A model generated the notes under the pieces. That model had not been told where the DNA came from. It did not search any database and saw only the letters and a list, made by a program, of their open reading frames with translations. A stretch of 64,000 nucleotides of DNA from Rhina ancylostomus. Lineage: Eukaryota. The translations under genes were made by a program, and so were the position numbers. Each line of letters begins with the position of its first letter. Positions within the stretch are counted from its first letter, which is position 1. Shown in pieces: positions 12,620-24,500 of this stretch. Where the stretch lies: positions 14,795,356 to 14,859,355 of the forward strand of contig JARFYF010000029.1 of NCBI GenBank assembly GCA_030265395.1. Reading direction: 5' to 3'.

Positions 12620-13080
12620 TAGGCTCTACTTGTATTAGATGGGGTGAAAAAGGTTCACCTGATTAATTCCCGGGGGAGAGGTTATTCTGAGAGATCATAT
12701 TCATGAGCTTAGAAGGAAGAGAGGTAATCACATTGAAACATACAAAGTTCTTTTGGGGTTTAACAGAATAAATGTCGGGATAATGTTTTCCCTTGGCTTG
12801 GATATCTAGAACCAGGGATCATGGTCTCAGAATAAAGGGTTGCCATTAGCAACTAAGATACCTTCTTCACCCTGAAGGTAGTGATTCTTTGGAATTCTCT
12901 GCTGTCCAGCCATGAGGCCTGAGGCGGACCATTTGCTGGATCAAGAGAGGGGTAGATAGATTTTTGGATGTTAGGGGAAATTGAGAAATTTGTTTTGTGT
13001 AGGGAAAGTGCTGCTTGGGTAAAAGATCAGCCATGATCTTGCTGAATAGCAGAGCAGGCATGGGACTTATTCCTCTCTTT
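12620..13080 (+). mobile_element. CR1 LINE 3' fragment
   Basis: aaaaggttcacctgattaattcccggg...agaggtaatcacattgaaacatacaaagttct...ctttggaattctctg...agatcagccatgatcttgctgaatagcagagcaggc. Confidence 0.75.
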
Positions 13081-13584
13081 TTTCTCTAATGGTTTTATAC
13101 AAATACAGGCAAATAAGCAAAGAAAAGTTAGTTGCTGCTACTAACTTTTCAAAGCTTATGCACAACACTGCTACAGAATGTTAAATATCCACCTACTTCA
13201 GTGATACTGCCAGTTATATAGAAATGTGTATTTTCCATCTCCCTACCAATCTTTCTGCTTGCCCTTGGAAAGGGTTTGATTAAACTGGCGCTTCATAGCT
13301 CATCACTACGTCTTCATAGTTTAGCAATTACTTGTGTCTCTCTTGACACTGTAACAGCTAAATTGCAGTTCCATTAGACCTTGGCAGAAGTTGCACCCTA
13401 CATTTATGACTTTCTCTCTGTTGGTCCTGGCTGCAAGTTCTAACAGGGCAGAACATCACACATCTCTGAATTAGGATAGAAGGGTTCAAAGTGAAAGATT
13501 GCATCTTGGTCCATAAAAAGTGGACAAATCCAAAAGTCATTCATTTCCATTTTCTTGAAGTTAGAAATGTGAATTGTGGCAAAT

Positions 13585-13720
13585 CATGAAGACCAGGGGA
13601 AATCCACACATTCACAAGGAGAAAGTGCAAACTTCACATAGACAGCACCAGAGGTCAGAATGAATCCCAGGGCTCTCCATCTGTGAGCCAGATGCACTGA
13701 CTTCTGCTCTACCTGCAGTG
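13585..13720 (-). mobile_element. HE1-like V-SINE 5' part (tRNA-derived head plus V-domain)
   Basis: Minus strand reads ...ctcacagatggagagccctgggattcattctgacctctggtgctgtctatgtgaagtttgcactttctccttgtgaatgtgtggatttcccctgg, the characteristic V-SINE core. Confidence 0.75.
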
Positions 13721-14199
13721 TCAATGTATTCTCTGAAAAAAAATCTAAGATCTCAGGAAGTTGGTGTCTTTTTATCTCATTAATTCTACTGAAAGCATCA
13801 ATGGCATAAAGCAACTTTTGGCAAGATTTGAAGCAATAAACTCCTTTACTGTCAGTGAACTGCTATTATAGCTGTTCTCAGCCAGAGCCATTCACAGAAC
13901 ACATTGTAAAAGATCTATGGGATTTTTTTCTTGCATTAATGTACAAACTATTCCTAATGAAGAACTGGTTATGAGACAGTCAAGTAAGGCAACAGCTGGC
14001 CAATATATTACTTGCCAGAATATACTCTACATGTCTCAAGAGTGAAATAAACTAATATAACAGCCAACATTATAATACAAAATTGTAAAATTGGAGTGAA
14101 ATTCACCANNNNNNNNNNATAAAAGTGCTTTAAATCAATACATTGTTAATACCTTGGGTCTTATTTACCAAGTTACCAAAGTACCATTTTTATTAATTC

Positions 14200-14740
14200 A
14201 GGTCTGTTCAGCATGCAGGAGCTTCCAGTTCCATGCCACTTTAATTCCCCATCCCAATCCCCCTCAGATTTCCACTGCGGCCTCCTGCACTGTTACACAA
14301 GCCTCACATGAGCTTAAGGAACGACACCTCATCGATCTGGACATACTGCAGCCTTCTGAATTCAATATTGAACTCTGCAACTTTAGGTAACTCACTCTTT
14401 CATTATGTCTGTATCAGAACTGGCCATTTCTGCTAGTCATCATTTTGGCTTAGTTTATCTTTCTTCTAGTATATTCTGGTCTGCTGGGAATGTCCCATAG
14501 CCTTGCTATTAACAAACTTCACAAAGAAGCACAATTCAACTGCTACTCTAACTGTTACTCTCATGCTATGAAAGACAATCCCTTTGTTCTACTCATTCTT
14601 CTCCCACTTTCTCTGTTACTGAAAAATAACCCATTCTGATGAAGGGTCACATTAACTCTGTTTCTCGTTCCCCAGATGCTGCCTGATCTAAGTGTTTCCA
14701 GCATTTTCTGTTTTTTATTTCAGACTTCAAGTAAGTGCAG
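14200..14740 (+). mobile_element. Penelope-like retroelement 3' fragment (end of GIY-YIG ORF plus terminal unit)
   Basis: ORF end ...HELKERHLIDLDILQPSEFNIELCNFR* matches the other copies. The terminal unit reads CTGATGAagggtcac...cagatgctgcctgatc...ccagcattttctgtttttt. Confidence 0.7.
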
Positions 14741-15669
14741 TTCTTTGATATCCATTTATTGTTTTTATTGGGAGATGGGATGGGCACCAGTTAGTATTCA
14801 ATTATTAATTTTTAAATTCTTGTACATCCTTGATTGCATTATTTCCTGTGATCTAAATTTCTTGCTAATGAGAAGTTTTCTTTCTTATTTTGAGCCAAAT
14901 GCTTGTTTCCCCTCATTTTCTAATTTTACCATTATGCAAAGTTGCGCACAGTATCTAAATGCTGAATGTTGCTCCCAAATCTGGACTACTTCAAACACTC
15001 TCCTCCATTTAGGCAGAAAACAACAAGAAAGTTGCTGCTAAGATTCAGTAAATAATACTCTTCTCCAGCTCTAAAGAAGCCATCTCTTTCCTGCTCCCTT
15101 TCCGGCTAATGTTCCCATTCTTTTTAATACCCAAAACTAAATACTTACTCTCAACTTCAATGCACGAGTTCCCTCACCCCACAGATAGTTCATGTGATTT
15201 CTTAATGTAACCGTTTCTCAGGCGGTGTTCAAATAGGCCCATAGTACAATAGTACCNNNNNNNNNNNNNNNNNNNNNNNNNNNNNNNNNNNNNNNNNNNN
15301 NNNNNNNNNNNNNNNNNNNNNNNNNNNNNNNNNNNNNNNNNNNNNNNNNNNNNNNNNNNNNNNNNNNNNNNNNNNNNNNNNNNNNNNNNNNNNNNNNNNN
15401 NNNNNNNNNNNNNNNNNNATATAAAGTGGTATCTGAATTCCTTTGCTGTACTTGTAATCCTACGCTATCCTGCCTCAACGTGGCCATTTTCAGCAAAAAA
15501 AACCACTTTTGAAGCGATGTTATATAATGAAGGCTTGACAAATGGAGCAAACATTTGTTTTGGATTTGTCAATGTAAAGATTTTGCTAATAATCCTACAA
15601 AACCTCATTTCAAATTAAATGTATAATTTTATGCTTGTCAACATTAACCTACCACCTTCCCCTCCCTGC

Positions 15670-15870
15670 AGTCGGCCTTAGTGTTCTGGAGGGAGAAAGA
15701 AATTTAATGTTTCAGATCAATAACCTTTCAGCTGAGGGCAGTTGTGCTGAAGATTCATTGACCCGCCACGTTACTTCTGTTTCTGTCTCCACAGATGTTA
15801 CCTGAACTGCTGAGTATTTGCAGAATGTTGTTTTTTTTAGGTTTTCTAGCCCCAGGAGTTTTTTTTATTT
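15670..15870. repeat. Head-to-head inverted pair of Penelope-derived terminal units
   Basis: A minus copy (ggagggagaaagaaatttaatgtttcagatcaataacctttcag) is followed by a plus copy (ctgaagattcattgacccgccacgttacttctgtttctgtctccacagatgttacctgaactgctgag). Confidence 0.6.
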
Positions 15871-17084
15871 TCTGAGTGTTCTGTGGCTTGCCTCCACCTT
15901 TGCTGGGCTAAAGAAAATACCTAAAGACAAGATTTATTTTCAACAAAAAAAGGAAGAGATTATAATTGTAAATCAACATATGTATTTATAGGTATTCCTA
16001 CTCTAAAGAGGAAAAAAAAACAGAATTTAATCAGTTAAGAAATATTTTACATCTATGTGATTATTTGATCTCAGTTACATAAACATTAATCAGAAACAAA
16101 ATGTACTTTTCAGTTCACAAGGTAGAAGAGCAAAAGATATTAGTCAAATTGCGGCAGAAGCATGTGTATGAAACAGGCAGCGACTGTTAAACAATTTATT
16201 TTCCCTGACGTCTTTTGGATTAAGATTACAAATTCCATTTCATTTCATGCATAATTTATTGATATATGCAAATGAAACAAACATAACATGCTTCAGGCCA
16301 TTTTATTTTCTTAAAGATACATTATTAATTCTGTCACATTGTGTCATATTTATTACATAAATCTTCCTAAATGTGCCTTCTAGATGGAATTTTTTTTTAA
16401 AAAGTGCAATAATTTTCAGGACAGGACTTTTGCCATAAAATACACTAACATAAATTGTCCATGAAAGACAAAATGATCTGATGACATTTTAAGAAAACCA
16501 AACAGGCTGAAGAAACAAAATCTTCTCAAAATAGTTAAACAGATGGTTTGTGATCTGATTGCATCTGAATACCAAATTACCAATGACTGCTTTGCAAGAT
16601 TTGTTTCCCAGTAATTCAATCATAACAGAACTTCCTATCCCAGGTTTTAATTATGGTTCTGAACAAGCAGCTGGAAAACACGTAGCTGCAATTCTGCTCC
16701 ATGATAATTATATTAATTCTAATTAGAGCAGACACTTGGAAAGGAAATAAGCACTGCCCAGTCAGAAACGTAGATGACAGAATATTTTGCGATGTTGAAA
16801 ATCCTGTAACTTGATATTTGAACATTAGTTGCAAGATGTAATGATACAGCTGACTACGCTTCTGAGTGTGGCTGGATATCTACATTTCACCCTGATCTAT
16901 GGTCTGGGATAAGATGGGACCTCACCTCCCATTTAAAATGCAAGAGAATCCAAATTGCTGGTTTTATCTTGGATTGTTGCAGCAGAAAAACAAAAGGAGA
17001 AACAATTTTAAACCTGTGAAATGTTTGATCTCTTCCACTGTTTGACTTTCATCTGAAGGGAGTTTAAGTTTGGCCTTTGAAAAT

Positions 17085-17220
17085 CAAATAAAACTGTAGA
17101 TGCTGTAGAAATACGAAATTAAATTGGGAAAATGCTCATCAGGCAGCATCCGTGGAAAGAGAAACAGACTTAACGTTTCAGCTCAAAAACCCTTTCCAGC
17201 ATTTTCTGTTTTTAATGTTG
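17085..17220 (-). repeat. Penelope-derived terminal unit with short fold-back
   Basis: aactgtagatgctg...caggcagcatccgtggaaagagaaacagacttaacgtttcag, then ccagcattttctgttttt. Confidence 0.55.
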
Positions 17221-17249
17221 CCCTATACACTCTAGATTTNNNNNNNNNN

Positions 17250-17530
17250 AGAATAAGAGGTGATCTCTCATTTAGATGTACAAAACAGAAAATGTCAAAA
17301 AGTTGTCTTCTTTAGCTGGATAGTCCAGAACGAGGGTGATATATTTTGGGAATTCTCTATTTTAGGATGATGACTATTCAGTTACAAAGTATAATCAAGA
17401 CTCAAAAGAAAATCAAAAGATGCAGTGGTTAAATGGGATACTGAAGTTAAGGTTATAGATCAAGTTTATTAAGTGGAAAAGAAGCTTTGATTGGCCTTAT
17501 GGCCGTCCCCGGCCCCATTTATGTTATAGG
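17250..17530 (+). mobile_element. CR1 3' fragment
   Basis: agaataagaggtgatctc...gagtccagaacgaggg-like segment...ttggaattctct-like segment...ggccttatggcc. Confidence 0.5.
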
Positions 17531-17789
17531 ATTTTGTGAGGAAGTGCAAAGGGGAGTCACAAACTCATCAAGGGAAAGATTAAGAAAAGTCACCTACCTG
17601 GACACCCAAGGCGTTTTGTTTTATCTCTTACTTAATATTGACAACTAAACTAACATAGAAAGCCTTTGGTGATTATCCTTATCTCAACAGTCTAGGGAAT
17701 CTGTGGTTGGTTGTAGAATCCATACTTTATCTTTTTTCGATCTTTCAGCAAGATTTTGAGGATTTCAGCACACCAATTTTCTCATATGC

Positions 17790-18100
17790 CACACATAGTC
17801 AATTCCATCACACTTTCACTTTGGGTGCTCACAATGTGGGCTCGGCACTGGAGAAATCAAACGTACCGTAGGTTGAGTGACTATATTGTGGAGCACCTGT
17901 GTTCAGTCCGCGAGGTGCCTCCGAGCTTCCAGTTGTCTGTCAGTTTTATTCTCCATCGCATTCTCATCCTGACCTATACTGTCAGTGGCCTCCTGCATTG
18001 CTCTAATGAGGCCCAACATCAGCTTGAGGACCAGCACCTTGCCTTCCATCTGGACATGTTGCAACATCCTAATACAGAATTCAAGAATTTCACTTAACTA
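17790..18100 (+). mobile_element. Penelope-like GIY-YIG endonuclease remnant
   Basis: ORF track shows ...RRLSDYIVEHLCSV...GLLHCSNEAQHQLEDQHLAFHLDMLQHPNTEFKNFT*, homologous to 59850-60165. Confidence 0.75.
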
Positions 18101-18355
18101 TCTTTCACTTTTCGTGTTGGAATTGGCTAGTTTGGTTGTTGATTATCCATGGCATATGAGAGAATTGGTGTGCCTTTGATATCCAGTGCTAGCCCTTCCT
18201 CAACAGGCTATGGAAGAGTAGTGTTTGAATNNNNNNNNNNNNNNNNNNNNNNNNNNNNNNNNNNNNNNNNNNNNNNNNNNNNNNNNNNNNNNNNNNNNNN
18301 NNNNNNNNNNNNNATCAGATTAGCTGTGATCATTGAGTGACAGAAGCGGGCTGAG

Positions 18356-19230
18356 CCAGGTAACTACAGGCCAGTGAGCCTTACATCAGTGATGGGGAAA
18401 CTGTTGGAGAGAATTCTAAGGAATAGTGTTTATGTACATTTGGAAAGGCAGGGACTGATCAGGGATAGTCAGCATGGCTTTGTGGGGTTGGGGGAGAGGG
18501 GGGAGACATCGTGCCTCACTATTTTGAGGAGGTAACTGAGATGATTGATGAAGACAGGATGATAGACGTTATCTGTATGGCATTTGACCAGGTTCCACAT
18601 GATAGGCTGGTCCAGAAGTTTAAAACAAATGGGATCCAGGGAGAGCTGACCAATTGGTTGCAAAATTAGTTTTCTGATAGGAGACAGCAGGTGGAGGTGG
18701 CAGGGTGCTTTTCTGTTTGGAAGTCTGTGACCGGTGGTGTGCCACAGCTATTGGTGTCAGGATATTTGTTGCTTGCGATATATATTCATGATTTGGATGT
18801 GAACATAGGAGATACAATTGGTAAATTTGTGGACAGTGAGGAAGGTTATAGATCAGATGGAAAATTGAGTGGACCATTAGCAGTTTAAATTTAATCCCGA
18901 TGAGTATAGGATGATGCATTTTGGGAAGTCGCATAGTGGCAGGACATACAGTGAATGGTAGGACACTAAGGAATGTTGATGAATGGATGGACATTAGGCT
19001 TCAAGTCCATAGTTCCCCTAAAGTGGCAGCACCAGTATATAGGGTGATGAATAAGGCACATGGCATGCTTGCCTTCATTGGTCAGGGCATAGAATAAAAG
19101 AGTTAGGCTGTTGTGTTGCAACTTTACAAGACACTGGTTAAACCACTCAGTAACTAATCTGTGCTAATTTAATAAATCTAAGGAGGTGATGGACCTGTCT
19201 CTGTGTAGTACAACTTTACGATTCTGTGAG
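18356..19230 (+). mobile_element. CR1 LINE RT-region fragment, nested inside another CR1 3' tail
   Basis: PGNYRPVSLTSVMGKLLERILRNSVYVHLERQGLIRDSQHGFV (18356-18485), WKSVTGGVPQ, IGKFVD. It is flanked by two halves of a different CR1 tail (18314-18355 and ~19240-19292). Confidence 0.85.
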
Positions 19231-21509
19231 TCTAGAAGAGGTTCCAGTGGCTGAATCCTTACTCCTGCTCATAATTCATTTGTTCATATGATGTAAGTAA
19301 TTGAATTAAAAATGAAGTTTATTAAAATATTTTGAAGTAATTAAATTTAATTAAAACTAAAGCAAAATAATTAAAAACTTACCTTTGTCCTCCTCATCCC
19401 TACACTGCGAATCCCCTTTGAAATAATTGGGATGTCTGATCTCATGAAGGATCTGAATGTGTGCAAGATTGGAGAGGCAATCTGAAAAAGACTGGGCTCC
19501 ACATGATGTTCAGTGGCAGCTCACGGTGAAAGACGCAGCACCATCTGTCACTCAGTAGGTCCTAGATTTATACTGGGTCTGCACAAGTCCCAAGCATGCC
19601 TCTTGGAAATAATAAATGCTCTCTTTGGAATTGTTGGGCATAGTCAGCATGCATTATTATAATGCTCACATTTTATGGAGTATTTTTCAACAAGTTTTCA
19701 TTTCATCAAGTGTAAAATTTTATAGGTGTGAAAAATCAAATTATGCATCTGCAACTCACGACATACAAAGCTCTTTAAATTTCAGGTGTCTTTTCTAAAA
19801 GGGATATTATGCACTCTTGTTCCTCAACCACTTGTACAATTATTTTAAACTGATTTATCCCCTCTTCCCCTAATTGAAAAAAAAACTTCTCGTCTCCAGT
19901 TAAAGGCAATGACTTCCATGATATCGTAGGTATCATTAATCCCTCTAGTACTTTGTCCCAATGGGTATTCTCCATTCGTTAGTGGAAACCTCATGTGGCA
20001 ATTTTTTTTCCACTAACGTACTTACCTGCATTTCCCAACAGGAGTCGGTACATGGAAGTTAGGAGTGGGAGGTCATGAAAGAAAGAGAGCAAATGTATAG
20101 GTGTATGGCCCCTTTCACCATCTCAGGTCATCCCAACACTTCTCAGCCAAAGAAGTGACAACATTTCAAATATATGAAAAGTTCTGATAAACAAACACCT
20201 AAATAAGTCATAACTTTTATACCTCTGGAAACCATAGATTTGGATATACATGCAAAATTGCAGGATTAAAGTGGAAGAGAAAATACCAAACTGAAAAAAA
20301 TATTTGGAAAAGCACTGCATTTTCAAACAATTATGAGGCAATTAGTCTCCAGATATATTTTCAGGGCCAGAGAGGTTGTTCAGTAGTAATCATTCTTTAA
20401 TGCGCCATTAAAATCACAGTTAAATCTCATTTGACAAAGTGCAACATTTTGAGTGTTTTTTATGACTTGAATACTGCATAAAACAGTTAAGTTCACGTCA
20501 AGTCAGTGGCTGTGCTGATTGCCTTTCCAGAGACTCCAATAGCACATTCTGTGGAGCAGGCTTATGGATTTCCATGTTTAACTCAGTACGTGGGGATGCC
20601 AGATGTTGCCGGTAATTTCACAGATTAATGACGGTAAATGCTGACAAGTTTCATCATCATTGCAACCACAAATCACAGGCTTGTTTCATTCTTGAAATGT
20701 CTGTAAATATTTCCCCTTTCCTTCCCTTGACTATGTTCCGGGCTTTAATCACTCTGCTGAAGTAAAACCTCTGTAAACTGATAATACTACTGCATTGATA
20801 AATCTTGTTAGAGTGGGAAAGCACTTTACTTAAAAAGATTGGGGATTATAAAAGGATAATTACAGACTGAGAATAAATATTCTAGAAGATGATATTTCCT
20901 GTGCTGTTGAGATTGTTTATGATGCATAGCTGTCTGAAAATGAATTGTGCACATGATCATTAATATGGGTTTACATTATTCATTTGAGATCAGAGTATGT
21001 GCATTACAACCCTGCATGAAATTGAATAGAAGCCATGATAAGGGTGTCTACTTGTATTTGATAGAAGGATGGCCTATCTGTGCTAAATAACCTTTCTCAT
21101 TCCATGCCTTTGCATTCTTGTATTTTGGACACCTCATGTTGCAGCTGTAGATACAAGCTTTAGTCTAATGGGTTTGAATCGCAATAAATCTCAGTAAACA
21201 ACTACTTTAAAATTAAATCTGAACAAATAATTTAACAGAAGTTACTTAGAGGTTTTGTGCATTCTAAATGAAACAGCGGCTTAAAAATATGATTTAGTGC
21301 TTAATGTTTCAGCTGATACTGTCCTTCAATAGTTATTCAGCAGAGCCTTATTGATCTGAGTTACAAGGAAGCCCAGAAGGAGAGGAGGTCAGCTGGGCCA
21401 TTGAACCTGGGGTATTCTTGAAATGCAGGCTTTGCACTCCTTGCATGAAGTGCCTCTTCCAGAGCATCAACGTCTTATTTTTACTGTTCTATTGAAATCA
21501 GACAACAAA

Positions 21510-24500
21510 CTGATAATAGATTTATTCAACTGTTTATTAAATTATTTTGAAGCTTTAACAGGAACTTTTAATAGTATATTTACATACAAGACTGAAGCCT
21601 ACTTTTTTTTTCCACAACTTTACACCTATAATTGGACTGTGTTACATTGCTTTTGGCCTCAACATTATTTAGGTAGCAACAGCAGCACAGCTGTGCCTAA
21701 AGTCTGTTTCATTTTACACAGCTAAACACATGGAGAAAGTGAACTATAAGACAATTAGGAGGACTGGAAGAAAGTTTAAATAAGTTTTTCCTTGTTATGA
21801 ACTATATAAAAAAAATTAGAAAAACCAGGAGACAAAANNNNNNNNNNNNNNNNNNNNNNNNNNNNNNNNNNNNNNNNNNNNNNNNNNNNNNNNNNNNNNN
21901 NNNNNNNNNNNNNNNNNNNNNNNNNNNNNNNNNNNNNNNNNNNNNNNNNNNNNNNNNNNNNNNNNNNNNNNNNNNNNNNNNNNNNNNNNNNNNNNNNNNN
22001 NNNNNNNNNNNNNNNNNNNNNNNNNNNNNNNNNNNNNNNNNNNNAAAGATACATGGGATTTGAGGCTCCCATGAGAGAATGAACCACAATACTACACTGC
22101 TCAGCCTGGCTATTGAAGTGTCCCAATCATTCACTTGGACATATTCTTTGCTGTGTATTGAGGATAATGTCAGCCTCAAGTGCAGCACCTTGAAATTGGT
22201 TATTTCTGTTGATCTATGAAAATGGAGATATACATTTCAAATAAATTTAAAATTATTTTAAAGGTTTTAAAGCAAAGGCAGAGAATGGAATAACTGAAGC
22301 TGGACTAGGCTATTGTCAGTTTGACAGAACATTTTGGTATTGGAATCAGCTGTGTTTTCACCCCACAGTAAAACATCACTGATTCCAATGCAGATTGCAG
22401 CCCAAAGCACAGCAGCACTGTCTGTAATGAGGTTATCCCCAACTAAATGTCAAGAAGCACTTGAGAACCAAATCAGAACAAAAGGGATTGCTCACCAATA
22501 TTCGAGCTGAACGATACAGAAGCTGGGTTAGAAAAATGTATTCAAGTTCTATCATTAATTTTGAAACGCCATTTTCAATGATGCAAGTTCAGTGCTGTTG
22601 TTTCTGGCAGCTCAGATTGCAGAAAACACAAGTTTATCATTGAAGCATTCAAGCACTGCCCTTCCTCCCACTGGTTTGTTTCTTTGAAATCCTAGGACAC
22701 CTAGGATTGGAATTAAATAAGGTAGCTACATCTTTGTAGACTAAAACCCCCACGCGGAGGATCAGCAAAATATTGTGTGTGCATTTTTTCCCCCCTGCTC
22801 TGGTTTGTCTCAGCATAAGAAGCCAGCAAATCAATCCTGAAAGCTTTTCCTAGGCACAGAATCCCTCAAATTGATAAGATAGGGTTCAGGGTGGGAAGGG
22901 GTAGATCAAATGCATTTAGATACATCTACAATTTTAGCTGCAGTAGTGCAGTAGCTTGTTGAGTGGTGGGATGGGGGATGATCTGTTCAGAATTCCAGGT
23001 AGGGTAGTGTTTCACCTGATTCACTGCCTTTGGGAGATGGTCACAACTATATACATGGACAATTAAAGTTCTGTTTTAAGAAGACTATTCTTCATTTTGA
23101 AGGGTGGCAAAAGTCATATTCCAATTGAGTGGATATTGTCTAGGCTCTTGCAAAGTCTCTTCTGATCTGTTGAACTCCTGGTACCATCCAAAGCATGGTA
23201 ATTCAAATCAAGGGGGAAGGCAGATAATCAGGCACACTCTTCATCTAAATTAAAAAATCTTGTCAACTATTTTTGATGAAGAAAGGACAAAAAAGCTGGA
23301 ACAATCATGCAGATTAGTACAATATTAGAACAATAGTGTTGTTGAGAGAACACAGATTCTGTAGCAAATATAAAACGACTAGCTGGTTTTATAATGGGGA
23401 ATAGCTGGGATTATTATACATCAGACACTAGAAATTTGCACCAGCAAAAAGATGCTACAGATCGGTGTTCTGGTTTATAATCACCACCATCCGATCATTT
23501 GTTGGGGAATCAGATACTATTTCATGTCTGTTTACAGATCATAGGAAGTTATAAAAATAACAAATAAAACAGACTACATTTCACTACACTGAATACTCCT
23601 TCAATAAAAGATNNNNNNNNNNNNNNNNNNNNNNNNNNNNNNNNNNNNNNNNNNNNNNNNNNNNNNNNNNNNNNNNNNNNNNNNNNNNNNNNNNNNNNNN
23701 NNNNNNNNNNNNCCACTAAGTAGAAATATGGAGAAAAGTACACTGAAAATTCGCAAATTACTGGTTCCTCTGGGGGGTAGGGAGTGAAGGTGAAGGCAAG
23801 GATTTTTTTTTAAAAGTACTTTGTTCAGTAGCTCAAGAAAAATCTCACATGACTTTTCACTGTGCTTAGATATCGATCACATTCCTCCACACACTGTGCC
23901 AAATGGTCTGGTGATCACTGCCAGAAACAGACTGGAAAATTTGCAAACTGCAGTTACTTCTAGAAATTTTTTGCTCTTCTTGGCACATTGGAGTTAAAAT
24001 ATGAGTAGATATTGTTACCACATAGGCAGTTAATTAAAACAGACATGACAGTGTATCAATCACATTTATCAGTATAAATTGGCTTTTGAAACACAGTGAA
24101 TTTCTTGAGGTATTAAAATGGTATTTTGCCTCAAAAGCCCAAAGTTCTATGTAAATGGCTATTTTACACACATTATATGGTGGTCCCACCCACTTCCCTT
24201 TTTATGTTTAATTCCTATAAAATGTTGTTACCAAGAACATTTCCTGGAGACATTTGAGTAACAGGAAGAGTTATGAAGAAATCAGAGCATATGAAACAAT
24301 CTAGTACAACTTCACTGAATGATCAATAGGCATTGGAAGTTGTAGCTGAGCCTCTGGTTTAAATCAGAGAGAATCATAGCATGCACATTTTTTCAGGATT
24401 CTCTGCTGAAGGGGAAAATACTAAGACATGGTTTGCCTGGTTTAAATCCATTTTCATGATACAATCACTCATGAGTCATGCAAAAAAAATGACAGACAGA

